A stretch of DNA of 57,249 bases from a virus (taxonomy: Duplodnaviria; Caudoviricetes), in IMG/VR virus record IMGVR_UViG_3300022876_000186, positions 1-57,249 of that record; one strand, given 5' to 3'. The notes beneath the pieces were generated by a model that did no database searches, was not told the origin of the DNA, and saw nothing but the letters and a program-made list of their open reading frames with translations. Both the position numbers and the translations under genes were made by a program. Numbering within the stretch: the stretch's first letter is position 1; every line of letters starts with the position of its first letter. Positions 29,137 to 37,354 of this stretch are shown in pieces.

Positions 29137-29376
29137 TCAGCTTTCAAGTAGTACGTCGATCAACTTCTGCTCCGCCAGCCGAAACATGGCTAGGGACTGC
29201 AGGTCGTCCGCCACCGGGCCGAAGGCGAATAGATTTACCCGGCCGGTTGGGTCACGCATGGCCATGACGCCGATACTGCACACGGGTAGTTCGCCGCTAT
29301 CAAGTTGGTCTGCGATCTTGCGCAGGGTCCGGGGGGCGTCGCGCCAGTTTTCGCGCTGAAACTCAATTACCCGCAT
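29137..29376 (-). CDS. Hypothetical protein
   Basis: GAGGGG RBS before MRVIEFQRENW... Confidence 0.65.
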   Translation of the reverse strand: MRVIEFQRENWRDAPRTLRKIADQLDSGELPVCSIGVMAMRDPTGRVNLFAFGPVADDLQSLAMFRLAEQKLIDVLLES

Positions 29377-29552
29377 ATCTTCCCCTCGCAGCTCTCCACC
29401 CAGTGGGTACCGAAAATTGAAATAGGTTGTTACAGACGATGGCCTACCCTGGCATTGCATAGCGTTTTGCCATCCCCATAACTATTTCTGGCGTACAGCG
29501 GGTGTGCGGGGTGGCGGCAGCCGATGCCGGGCATAACTGGAGGGGTATGCAC

Positions 29553-29735
29553 ATGGCTACCAATACAGGTGAAGGACATAGGAATGGTTCGGTTCGCGAT
29601 CGCACCCAGACCTATAACCCTCAAAACGACACGTACGTGAAGCGCGACACCAACACTGGGCGCTTCATGGATGTGAAGTCGGATGGGACGCCCTTTAAGG
29701 GTGTGGCGCAAGAAGTAGATAAGCGCCGCAAGTAA
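29553..29735 (+). CDS. Small basic moron protein
   Basis: GGAGG RBS, MATNTGEGHRNG..., own terminator at 29748-29776. Confidence 0.75.
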   Translation: MATNTGEGHRNGSVRDRTQTYNPQNDTYVKRDTNTGRFMDVKSDGTPFKGVAQEVDKRRK

Positions 29736-29827
29736 CATCGCTATAGGACGGGGGCTGTATTGGCCCCCGTTTTATTGACCCGCTACAACTACCCCCTATC
29801 CTAATGGCGGCGATCAAAGTGCACCAT

Positions 29828-30058
29828 TCAAGCGAACGGATCGGCAGGCTTGGCAATCGAGCGCACGAACCACATGAACCCCTGTTGTAGGTTGGTCTTG
29901 GCCAAGGCCAGAGTTCGCTGGTCCACGCCCTCGATCTGGCCAATCTGCTTGAACAACTCACCGGCGTCAGCCTCCAGAGCCTTGATCGAGTTCATGCCGT
30001 CGATCTCGCTTTGGCTAAGGTCGCGGTAGCCGGTGATCTTCTTGTGCTGGTTGTCCAT
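29828..30058 (-). CDS. acb2: Acb2-like anti-CBASS cyclic nucleotide sponge
   Basis: MDNQHKKITGYRDLSQSEIDGMN and KTNLQQGFMWFVRSIAKP match my recollection of Pseudomonas phage Acb2 termini. Confidence 0.85.
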   Translation of the reverse strand: MDNQHKKITGYRDLSQSEIDGMNSIKALEADAGELFKQIGQIEGVDQRTLALAKTNLQQGFMWFVRSIAKPADPFA

Positions 30059-30112
30059 GATGAATCCTCTGGTGGTCGCGCCACGAAACGGCGCATCTCT
30101 AATCTGTGGCGC

Positions 30113-30433
30113 CTATTCCTTGCGGCAACTCTTCAGGCAGTGCTCGCAGCGCAGCGCATGGCACAACCACACCTGCACGCGCGGCCACCAGGTGACCATG
30201 AAGATGTGTCGCACCCCGGCCATGGCCAGCGTGGCGTGCATGGTCAGCACCGCAGTGGTCTGGCCGAAGAACAGGCTCTGGTTGCGAGCCGTCACGACAA
30301 ACCCGCTGATGGCGATTGCTGAATAGATCAGCTTGCCGATCACCCCGTCGCGCACCCTTCCGCTCAGCACGCACCAGGTTGCCCAGAAGGCGATCAGGCC
30401 GCAGGCGATGGTGTTGATGGTTTCAAGGTTCAT
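30113..30433 (-). CDS. Membrane protein coupled to holin (holin/antiholin partner)
   Basis: Three hydrophobic segments; ATGA overlap with the upstream gene. Confidence 0.7.
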   Translation of the reverse strand: MNLETINTIACGLIAFWATWCVLSGRVRDGVIGKLIYSAIAISGFVVTARNQSLFFGQTTAVLTMHATLAMAGVRHIFMVTWWPRVQVWLCHALRCEHCLKSCRKE

Positions 30434-30759
30434 GGCTGGTTGCCTCCCCCGAACCTCTGGCGAATGAGTGCCCAAAGGTCAGCGGCTTTGATTGCCCGGT
30501 TGATGGCGGCAAGTAGGGAGCCGCCGAAGGTGCCGAGCAGGAAGCCAACGCCAGCTACGGTGTTCGGCTCGGTGACGCCCAAGTAGGCGCTGACCATGCC
30601 CGTCAGGTACAGGGCGCAGGCAACGCCGGTGATCAGGAAGATCATCCAGGCGCGCCAGTCGGTCAGGTCGTCTTTGTGCCACCAACTGGCGACGATGACC
30701 CCGAATAGGCCTGCAATCAGCAGATCAAGCCTGTCGAGCAGGCGATGAAAACTCTCCAT
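30430..30759 (-). CDS. Holin
   Basis: Three TM segments, GFLLGTFG; late operon upstream of terminase. Confidence 0.75.
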   Translation of the reverse strand: MESFHRLLDRLDLLIAGLFGVIVASWWHKDDLTDWRAWMIFLITGVACALYLTGMVSAYLGVTEPNTVAGVGFLLGTFGGSLLAAINRAIKAADLWALIRQRFGGGNQP

Positions 30760-30794
30760 GCACTCGACTCCGGGCGGCACGAAATAAATATCCC

Positions 30795-30830
30795 AAATTT
30801 GCTATACACACAGCAAATTTGCTGTATACT
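30795..30830 (+). promoter_or_regulatory. hicAB promoter/operator
   Basis: Palindrome CAGCAAATTTGCTG (30811-30824), second AAATTTGCT half-site, TATACT -10. Confidence 0.6.
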
Positions 30831-30857
30831 GAACTCACACAACAACGAGGCGAGGTG

Positions 30858-31040
30858 ATGAGTTACAACGAGTTCAAACGGTGGCTGAAAGCCAGAGGAG
30901 TAAGGTTCGAATCGTTAAACGGAACGAGCCATTTCAAAATCTACTTCGAAGGCAAACAAACGATCTTTCCGGATCACGGCGCAAAGGAAATGAAAGAAGG
31001 AACCCGGAAAGGAATCATCAAGCAACTGGGGCTCAAATGA
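30858..31040 (+). CDS. hicA: HicA-family toxin
   Basis: GTSHFK, PDHGAKE, IIKQLGL motifs; 60 aa. Confidence 0.9.
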   Translation: MSYNEFKRWLKARGVRFESLNGTSHFKIYFEGKQTIFPDHGAKEMKEGTRKGIIKQLGLK

Positions 31041-31119
31041 GCCCCTACCACCGTTTAAACCGATTCATCGCCTCGCCTAGCGAACATCACTCAGAGAGCC
31101 GCCCGAGGGAGGGCTAGAA

Positions 31120-31545
31120 ATGTTTGACTACCCGGTAACAGTGCACACCGAAGACACTCCAGGTGTTGCGCTTACCTGCGACACCATCCCGGAGTTCAAC
31201 GCCGCCGGGGATGACCTGGACGAAGCCTTGGCAGAGGCCGGCATCCTGATGCCTGCCGCGCTCTCAATTTACGTGGATCAACGTCGAGCAATCCCTAGAG
31301 CGCCAGCACCTGAAGAGGGTCAGCCAGTAGTAGCGCTGTCCGCACTCACAGTGGCAAAAATCGAACTGTGGAACTCGATGGTTGAGAAAGGCATGCGCAA
31401 GGCTGATCTGTGTCGCCTGCTCGGCGTAAGCCAGAGCCAGGGTGACCGGCTCGTTGACCTCATGCATGGCACGAAGTTGGAGGCCCTGGAAAGCGCCCTG
31501 GCCGCGCTCGGCAAACGCCTGGTGGTGTCCGTCGAGCCGGCCTGA
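31120..31545 (+). CDS. hicB: HicB-family antitoxin
   Basis: DTIPE...GDDLDEAL N-domain plus C-terminal HTH; follows hicA. Confidence 0.9.
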   Translation: MFDYPVTVHTEDTPGVALTCDTIPEFNAAGDDLDEALAEAGILMPAALSIYVDQRRAIPRAPAPEEGQPVVALSALTVAKIELWNSMVEKGMRKADLCRLLGVSQSQGDRLVDLMHGTKLEALESALAALGKRLVVSVEPA

Positions 31546-31549
31546 ATTT

Positions 31550-31775
31550 GCGTGGGTCTTTCCCCACCTGTCCGCCTAAGACCATTCCAGCGCTGGCACC
31601 CTGATGCACCAGTCTCGCCGGTCCAGTCTCGCGCCATCCACCTGCATAGTGAGGGAGTGGATGCGCGGGCTGCCGGTGTTTTTCCGTACACCACACTACC
31701 GGCTAGCAGTATCCAGGCAGGCCCGTAAGGACCTACCTTAGCTCTGGCTGTGGATGATTTTTAGGCATCCACACA
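31550..31775 (-). ncRNA. Candidate structured RNA in the late transcript
   Basis: Five or more hairpins, G-U pairs favouring the minus strand; no credible ORF. Confidence 0.4.
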
Positions 31776-31871
31776 AAGGCCTATATCTTGGACGGGCAAT
31801 TGATGAGGGAACTTTTTCGAGGATGGTGTCTGGCTTAATAACGCAAGATCATTGATCTCGGGAAGTTCGCT

Positions 31872-32714
31872 TTAGAACTTCCAAGTCCAGATATCATAGG
31901 TACCGGCATTCGGGTTGAAAACTCGGATCGGTTTAATAGTTGGGGTAAAGCCAAAACGAGCCCAACAAACGCGGTCAAAGACGATAGAGAAGCTACCATC
32001 CTCTTGAATCCGTGCGTAGGCACCTGGGTGGCCACCTGTCCCAGTGCTCCAGAGCTGTTTTTTATCAGCGGTATAGATGACAAGGTTGCCATCCTGCTCC
32101 ATTACTGCGAATGCGCCCCCCATGTTCTGGGTTTTCGACGACCAGATCAGGTTGTTGCTATCTCCGTAGAAGGCAAGGTTGCCATCAGCCTCAAAGACCA
32201 ATCGGGCTTTACCCACATTGAACGTTTTGCCTGGGTTGATGACAGTGCCTGGCGGAATAATTGCTGCTGGGACTTGGGGTTTGACGGACACCGAGGCGGT
32301 AATCTCCCACAGAGGGAATAGATCCACGATGACCATGTTCCCATCGTCTTGCAGTTGCAAGAAAGTACGACCCGCCGCATTTGCGAAGCTGCCACCGTAA
32401 GGAATATCAGTGTTCCGCGTATTCCAAATACGGCGACGTTTCAAGTCCAGAATCCCTAAAATATGATTCATGTAGACCTGAGAGGCATCGTCTTTCTGCC
32501 ACTTCTGTGGGTAAAACTCATTAGAATACGACGCATTTTGGTCAGCAGTCCAAACCGGAGTTGTACCATCAAACAAAACAAGGTTCAGATCTGATTGATT
32601 CAACAACTTATAGCGCCCATTAGGCGACTTAAGGAACTGATTGACACCCAAAATAGTTTTTGGAGGGAAAATAGATACGCCGTTTTTGGCAAGTTTAGGG
32701 AAATTGAAAGGCAT
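31872..32714 (-). CDS. llpA: Lectin-like bacteriocin (LlpA / putidacin L1 family)
   Basis: Tandem B-lectin QxDxNxVxY-type motifs (QSDLNLVLF, QDDGNMVIV, EQDGNLVIY, QEDGSF) and a C-terminal extension ending in Phe; low GC. Confidence 0.9.
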   Translation of the reverse strand: MPFNFPKLAKNGVSIFPPKTILGVNQFLKSPNGRYKLLNQSDLNLVLFDGTTPVWTADQNASYSNEFYPQKWQKDDASQVYMNHILGILDLKRRRIWNTRNTDIPYGGSFANAAGRTFLQLQDDGNMVIVDLFPLWEITASVSVKPQVPAAIIPPGTVINPGKTFNVGKARLVFEADGNLAFYGDSNNLIWSSKTQNMGGAFAVMEQDGNLVIYTADKKQLWSTGTGGHPGAYARIQEDGSFSIVFDRVCWARFGFTPTIKPIRVFNPNAGTYDIWTWKF

Positions 32715-32726
32715 GATATTGATTAC

Positions 32727-32909
32727 CTATGAGTTAGCGTTGATGTGCGGATAATCCGCAGTCTTGTCGCTCATAGGCGATGGCTCGGGGCTCGAGGCCC
32801 TCACATGATTCAGCGTCCCACAGCGGGAGCATTTGATCTGGAGCTGTTGAACCCCACCCGCACGGGCGAGAAGTCGTTTGCAATTACCGCAACGAATGTC
32901 TCTAAGCAT
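32727..32909 (-). CDS. com: Mu Com-like zinc-ribbon translational regulator
   Basis: IRCGNCKRLLA....IKCSRCGTLN. Confidence 0.88.
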   Translation of the reverse strand: MLRDIRCGNCKRLLARAGGVQQLQIKCSRCGTLNHVRASSPEPSPMSDKTADYPHINANS

Positions 32910-33068
32910 CTGCAAAGCCTTAAGTTTTTCTGCTAGGCTCCGCCCCGCTCGCGCGAGCAGTGAGGGCCTTGGCTGGCTTGCAGGCTACATCTGCGATCTG
33001 GCGTCTCCCTTGGGTGTGTCAGCACCCTCTGGAGTCGCCCTCTCTTTTTTCCTCGCCGCACAAATGAC

Positions 33069-33136
33069 AAAGCCCCGATTAGTTCGGGGCTTTTGCGTTT
33101 CTGCGGGCACAAAAAAACCGGCGCCAAGGCCGGTTT
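33069..33136 (-). terminator. Two tandem intrinsic terminators after pR' (tR'-like)
   Basis: AAAGCCCCG/CGGGGCTTTT and AAACCGG/CCGGTTT hairpins with U-tracts. Confidence 0.75.
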
Positions 33137-33177
33137 CTAGATGAGCTTGCCAAAGGCAAAACTCTAACAATGGACAA

Positions 33178-33206
33178 ATAGTGCCATCACGCGTGCGGGA
33201 ACGCAA
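33178..33206 (-). promoter_or_regulatory. Late promoter pR'-like
   Basis: TTGCGT-17-CACTAT with TG extension, just downstream of the Q-like gene. Confidence 0.65.
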
Positions 33207-33213
33207 TAGGCCC

Positions 33214-33804
33214 TCAAGCGGCCTCCTTCATTTCGTAGATTGCGGCGGCCACCGACGAGAGTGCGCGCTTGTCCAGGTCCTCGCAGACCTCGAAGCAGAT
33301 CTGCACGAACGGCTCCCAGTCCCTGGCCCAGGCACATGAGGGAAGCGTCACGCCGTACACATCGTCAATCCAGCGCTTGAACCACTCCGGGCTTTCGAAC
33401 GGGTCCTGCGCTGACGATTGCCCGCCCTGGTGCATGCGCCGGTACCGGAACATTACTCCCTTGGCCACGTACTCGCAGCGCTCGCGCTTGGCCGCGGTCA
33501 TCCGCCCGGACCTGGCCATGGCCAACGAAAACACGCACTCTTCGGCTACCTCGCGCTCGTCATCCCTGCTCTCCGGGGCGTACATGAAGTTTCCGAAGGC
33601 GCGCAGACTGCCGGGCAGTTTGAAGATGGCCGCCTGCACACCGCCGGCCAGCGCCTGGTGCACAGCATGGCTCGCCTTCCGCTGCTTCTCCGTGGTCTGG
33701 ACCATGGTGCCCAACAGGCCCAGCTGTTCGATGAAAGCGCCCTGGCTATCCCACGCCGTATAGAGGCAGTCGTGCCACGCTTGGCGCGCGCTGTTCAGTT
33801 GCAT
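33214..33804 (-). CDS. Late antiterminator Q-like protein
   Basis: Last gene of the nin region, followed by promoter and terminators; positional call. Confidence 0.65.
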   Translation of the reverse strand: MQLNSARQAWHDCLYTAWDSQGAFIEQLGLLGTMVQTTEKQRKASHAVHQALAGGVQAAIFKLPGSLRAFGNFMYAPESRDDEREVAEECVFSLAMARSGRMTAAKRERCEYVAKGVMFRYRRMHQGGQSSAQDPFESPEWFKRWIDDVYGVTLPSCAWARDWEPFVQICFEVCEDLDKRALSSVAAAIYEMKEAA

Positions 33805-33923
33805 GGGCCGTTCTCCTTCTTGCGGCGTGTCTCGATGCTCTTGGCGCGGACTACGCACCAGGTGGAAGCGATGGTCATGGCTATCAGCAACGCGCCGGCG
33901 GTATCTGCGATAGTCCAGTTCAT
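33795..33923 (-). CDS. Small membrane protein (42 aa)
   Basis: Manual ORF MNWTIADTAGALLIAMTIASTWCVV..., coupled to ninG, GAGGAGG RBS. Confidence 0.6.
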   Translation of the reverse strand: MNWTIADTAGALLIAMTIASTWCVVRAKSIETRRKKENGPCN

Positions 33924-34522
33924 GCTGCAGCCCTCCTCAGGTCTTTGAGCTTCTGCCTGTACAGGGCCTTGATGGCCTGCAGGTCTTCGATGGTCAGGCG
34001 CTGAGGCTTATGAGGCCCTTCGAGCCATTCAACCTGGTCGGCGCCGATGCGCTTCACCAGTCGGATGCGGTACTCGACCGCGTTGCCCGACAAATTCCGG
34101 TTGCACTTCACGCACTGGCGGTGGACGTTGAGCGGCTCGAACCGCAGCTCCGGGCAGGCGCCCACCGACCGGTAATGCCCGGCGTCCCAGCGGCTGCCAG
34201 TGATCAGGTCGTGGTCGCTCGGCAGCGAGTCGCAGCTGATGCAGGGCAGGCCGGCGTCGCGCTCGCGGATGTAGGCATTGAACGCGGTCTGCGCCTCGGC
34301 CATGTGTTCGCGGCGTGTCTTCAGCTTGTCCCGGCGCTCCTTTAGGTCCTCTCGGGCTTGCTTGGTGATGGCCTTGGCCGCGACCTTCTGCAGCTTCGGG
34401 TCCTTGGCCATGGCCTTGGCACAGGCGATGCTGCACACCTTCTGCGTGGTCATTGTCGGCTTGAAGGGCTTGCCGCAACCTGGTGCCTTGCACTTCTTCG
34501 GTTTGATCTCCTTGGCAAGCAT
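33920..34522 (-). CDS. ninG: NinG/Rap recombination endonuclease
   Basis: FNAYIRERD..PCISC..DAGHYRS...QCVKCN. Confidence 0.92.
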   Translation of the reverse strand: MLAKEIKPKKCKAPGCGKPFKPTMTTQKVCSIACAKAMAKDPKLQKVAAKAITKQAREDLKERRDKLKTRREHMAEAQTAFNAYIRERDAGLPCISCDSLPSDHDLITGSRWDAGHYRSVGACPELRFEPLNVHRQCVKCNRNLSGNAVEYRIRLVKRIGADQVEWLEGPHKPQRLTIEDLQAIKALYRQKLKDLRRAAA

Positions 34523-34920
34523 CAGTACCGCCCTCCCCACCGATCCGGCTCAGTCCAGCGCACGCCATGCTCGGCGCCGAAGGCATGCATCACTTCGAAC
34601 AGGTCGCTGAACCACTTCTGGGACTGCTTGCGGGTCGAGACGCCCAGGACGACAAAGCCGCCGTCGATCCCCGGTACCGCATCCTGCTTCTGCACCGCCG
34701 CGCTGAAGATATGCTTCCAGTCCTCGTCGGTGAGCTTGCGGCCGTACCACTCCACCTGCTGGGAGACGTCGCGGAGCATTGCCCACATCTTTCGGTTGCA
34801 GACGTCCGGGCGCTTCTCGTCCTTGATGACCACCACCTTGGGCTTGGTCAGGTCGATGGCGTGCAAGGCGCCATATACTCGGTGCAGGTCATTACTGCTG
34901 CGGATAGCGAACTCAGCCAC
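34522..34920 (-). CDS. ninB: NinB/Orf recombination protein
   Basis: NRKMWAMLRDVSQQVEWYG..L..EDWK, FGAEHGV. Confidence 0.9.
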   Translation of the reverse strand: MAEFAIRSSNDLHRVYGALHAIDLTKPKVVVIKDEKRPDVCNRKMWAMLRDVSQQVEWYGRKLTDEDWKHIFSAAVQKQDAVPGIDGGFVVLGVSTRKQSQKWFSDLFEVMHAFGAEHGVRWTEPDRWGGRY

Positions 34921-35167
34921 GATTCCCCTCCTTCGCCCAGCGGCGCATCGATAGGTCGCAGCCCATGGTCAGGCATACGCCATTGGCCATGCCTCGATGA
35001 GTGGCGCGGCGAGCGCAGCCACAGCCGCAGCGGCGCCGCGACTTCGAATCGACTGGCTCGTGGTAGCGGATCTGGCCCGACAGGCCACCGACCTGACCCC
35101 AGCCGTCCATACCGCCGCGCATTGCTGCGGACCGCGCCGCAGGCGACATGCTGTTCAGGTTGGTCAT
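34913..35167 (-). CDS. Cys-rich hypothetical protein
   Basis: CGCGC..ATHRG..NGVCL..GC; coupled ORF. Confidence 0.65.
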   Translation of the reverse strand: MTNLNSMSPAARSAAMRGGMDGWGQVGGLSGQIRYHEPVDSKSRRRCGCGCARRATHRGMANGVCLTMGCDLSMRRWAKEGNRG

Positions 35168-35451
35168 GGCGCCACCTTCAGGCCCTGGGCCTCGATGGCC
35201 TCGCGGCATCCTTCGCGGTAGTCAGCGTCAGCTAGGGGGTCGTATTCATGGCCCGTGATTCTCGGCAATTCCACCACAACTGCCTCGCGGGACAACTTCC
35301 ACCAGTGCCACGCACCATTTACGGCAGACCCACGATAGCGCTCTGGGTCAACCAAGCTCCGAAGCGGCTTGCTTCCAGGCACGCCTTCGTCGTTCCGCAT
35401 GGCATAGGCCCACGCTTCCTCGAACTGCTCGCGCATCTTGTTGGTGTCCAT
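35164..35451 (-). CDS. Hypothetical nin-region protein
   Basis: MREQFEEAW...AW..W..SR...VVELP; coupled ORF. Confidence 0.7.
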   Translation of the reverse strand: MDTNKMREQFEEAWAYAMRNDEGVPGSKPLRSLVDPERYRGSAVNGAWHWWKLSREAVVVELPRITGHEYDPLADADYREGCREAIEAQGLKVAP

Positions 35452-35708
35452 CAGTGCTTCTCCAGATTCAGGCCGGTTCCGTCGCAGGCGTCGCACTTCT
35501 CGCTGTCGTAGCCGTCTGGGGTCAGGCCTCCTACTTGGCCCTCACCATGGCACTGCTCGCAGATCAGGACCGTGCGGTCGTCGATCACAGCGATCCATCC
35601 AGGGGAGATGAAGTCAGTTACCGCCGCGTCGCAGTCGCTGTAGAACTCCTTGAGGGAGTGGGCGATGTTGCGCATCGCGATTACTTGTCGAGTCGTCAAA
35701 GGCATCAC
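35451..35708 (-). CDS. Hypothetical protein with CxxCxGxG zinc motifs
   Basis: CEQCHGEG and CDACDGTG. Confidence 0.6.
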   Translation of the reverse strand: MMPLTTRQVIAMRNIAHSLKEFYSDCDAAVTDFISPGWIAVIDDRTVLICEQCHGEGQVGGLTPDGYDSEKCDACDGTGLNLEKH

Positions 35709-35757
35709 ACCCCCTCCCCGGCCGGCTGCCCGGCGCGCTTGATGTTCAACTTGGCCA

Positions 35758-36564
35758 TCAGATGCCCTCCTTGCCGCGGTGAGATTCCCACTCGAACGGC
35801 ACCACGATCATTCCGCCCTCGCGCAGGCGGTCGACGCAGCGCTCGCCCATGGCCACCGGCAACTGCTCGGGACTCAGGTTGGAGATCACCACCGTGGGCT
35901 TCACCTGCTCGTACCGGCCGTTGATGATCGCGAACAGGGTCGTCAGCTCGAAGTCGCTCGGCTGCTCCTTGCTCACGCCCACCTCATCCAGCACCAGCAG
36001 CGATGGCTCGACCAGGTTGGCGAGGATGCTGGCCTCGGTCGCATCGCTGGATCGGTCGTAGGTGGCGCGGATGGCCTGCAGAATCGAGCCGACAGTGCGG
36101 TACACCGCCGAGTGCGACGTGCTGCGCATCAGGTCGTTGGCCATGCCGGCGCCCAAGTGAGTCTTGCCGGTACCTGGCTTGCCCAGCAGCACCATGCAGC
36201 GGCCGTTCTCGGCGATCTGTTCGAAGGTCTTCACGTAGTGGCGGCAGAAGCGCAGCGCCTCGGCCTGGCCCTTGTGCTCAGCCTTGTAGTTCGCCAGCGA
36301 GCGATCAGCGAAGCGTTTCGGGATGAGCGAGTCGCCCAGCTTGCGGGAGATCGCCAGACGCACGTTCAGGGCCTGCTCAGCCCCGGCGCGCGCCTCACGC
36401 TCATCCTTGGCAATCCGGGAGCATTCAGGGCAGTGGCTGCGCAGAGCCTTGCCCAGCAGTATGGTGACCTTCTGCTCGAAGGCGCCGTGCTTCTCGCAGT
36501 CAGCTGGCTGGATACGGCTGCCACAGGAAGCCTGGTTGATTGGGGTAACTTGCTCAGAGCGCAT
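35758..36564 (-). CDS. DnaC/IstB-like helicase loader ATPase
   Basis: GKPGTGKTHL, LLVLDEVG, ISNL, DRL. Confidence 0.92.
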   Translation of the reverse strand: MRSEQVTPINQASCGSRIQPADCEKHGAFEQKVTILLGKALRSHCPECSRIAKDEREARAGAEQALNVRLAISRKLGDSLIPKRFADRSLANYKAEHKGQAEALRFCRHYVKTFEQIAENGRCMVLLGKPGTGKTHLGAGMANDLMRSTSHSAVYRTVGSILQAIRATYDRSSDATEASILANLVEPSLLVLDEVGVSKEQPSDFELTTLFAIINGRYEQVKPTVVISNLSPEQLPVAMGERCVDRLREGGMIVVPFEWESHRGKEGI

Positions 36565-37354
36565 AGCTGCCATCCTCCCGGCGCTTGAGGCCGCTGGTGT
36601 AATCCTTGTCGTTGAAGCCGTGGTGACGGCTAGCGCTGCTTGTCTGTGCACCCGGCAACACCTTCTCCGGGAACAGGCCGGTCCAGCCATTGCTGATGGA
36701 CTGGTTGATCACGACATCAGGCGCGTGGTGGCCGGCCAGGGTCTTGGCCTGCTTCGCGCAGGTGGTGGCGGTCAGAGGCTTGCGGATCTCTTTGCGGTGC
36801 TGGCACCAGTCGGCCCAGGTCTGCTCGCTGACGTTGGCCGGCTTGGCAGTCAGCGGGTCGAACTTCGGAGCCTTCTTCGCAGGCGCAGGAGCGTCAGCGA
36901 CTGGCCCCTTCGGTTCTTTGATGGTTCCTTGATGGTTTATTGATGGTTTGGGTGCAGCTCCTGCACCCCGTTCTGTCGTGGTTTGCACCCCGCTCTGTCG
37001 TGAGCTGCACCCCGTTGTGTCGTCATTTGCACCCCGTTCATAACCGGGTGCAGCTGTTGCACCCCGTTCTACGCATAGGTCGTAGACAGTCGGTCGGCGG
37101 TCGTGACGGTCGATGTAGGCGCCGGCAATTGCCTGATTACCAAGGCGAATCGCCCCAATCTCCAGAAGGTGGTCGAGCTTGTACTTCACCGTGCGGATGG
37201 ACAGGCCGGTGTCATCGCTGATGCTGGCGGAGGACGGAAAAGCTCCTCGGCCGTTCTTGTCGGCATAGTTGGCCAGGACCAAAAGCACGTAGCGCGCAGT
37301 GGCGTCCACGATGTCGCGCTGCTCCAAGGCCCAAGACATGGACTGTACGCTCAC
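36554..37354 (-). CDS. Replication initiator (O-like, N-terminal wHTH)
   Basis: LLVLANYAD...FPS, internal iterons, NGWTGLF C-domain. Confidence 0.88.
   Translation of the reverse strand: MSVQSMSWALEQRDIVDATARYVLLVLANYADKNGRGAFPSSASISDDTGLSIRTVKYKLDHLLEIGAIRLGNQAIAGAYIDRHDRRPTVYDLCVERGATAAPGYERGANDDTTGCSSRQSGVQTTTERGAGAAPKPSINHQGTIKEPKGPVADAPAPAKKAPKFDPLTAKPANVSEQTWADWCQHRKEIRKPLTATTCAKQAKTLAGHHAPDVVINQSISNGWTGLFPEKVLPGAQTSSASRHHGFNDKDYTSGLKRREDGSYAL
36950..37073. repeat. Replication origin iterons
   Basis: Five TGCACCCCG(T/C)T repeats, four at about 22-bp spacing, plus inverted GGGTGCA copies, inside the initiator gene. Confidence 0.85.

Noticed and set aside
31600-31700. CTGATG as a hammerhead ribozyme core
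   Set aside because: Reads CTGATGC rather than CUGANGA and there is no correctly placed GAAA.
36950-37073. Short regular repeats as a CRISPR-like array
   Set aside because: 22-bp period without unique spacers, inside the initiator gene; these are iterons. No cas genes seen.
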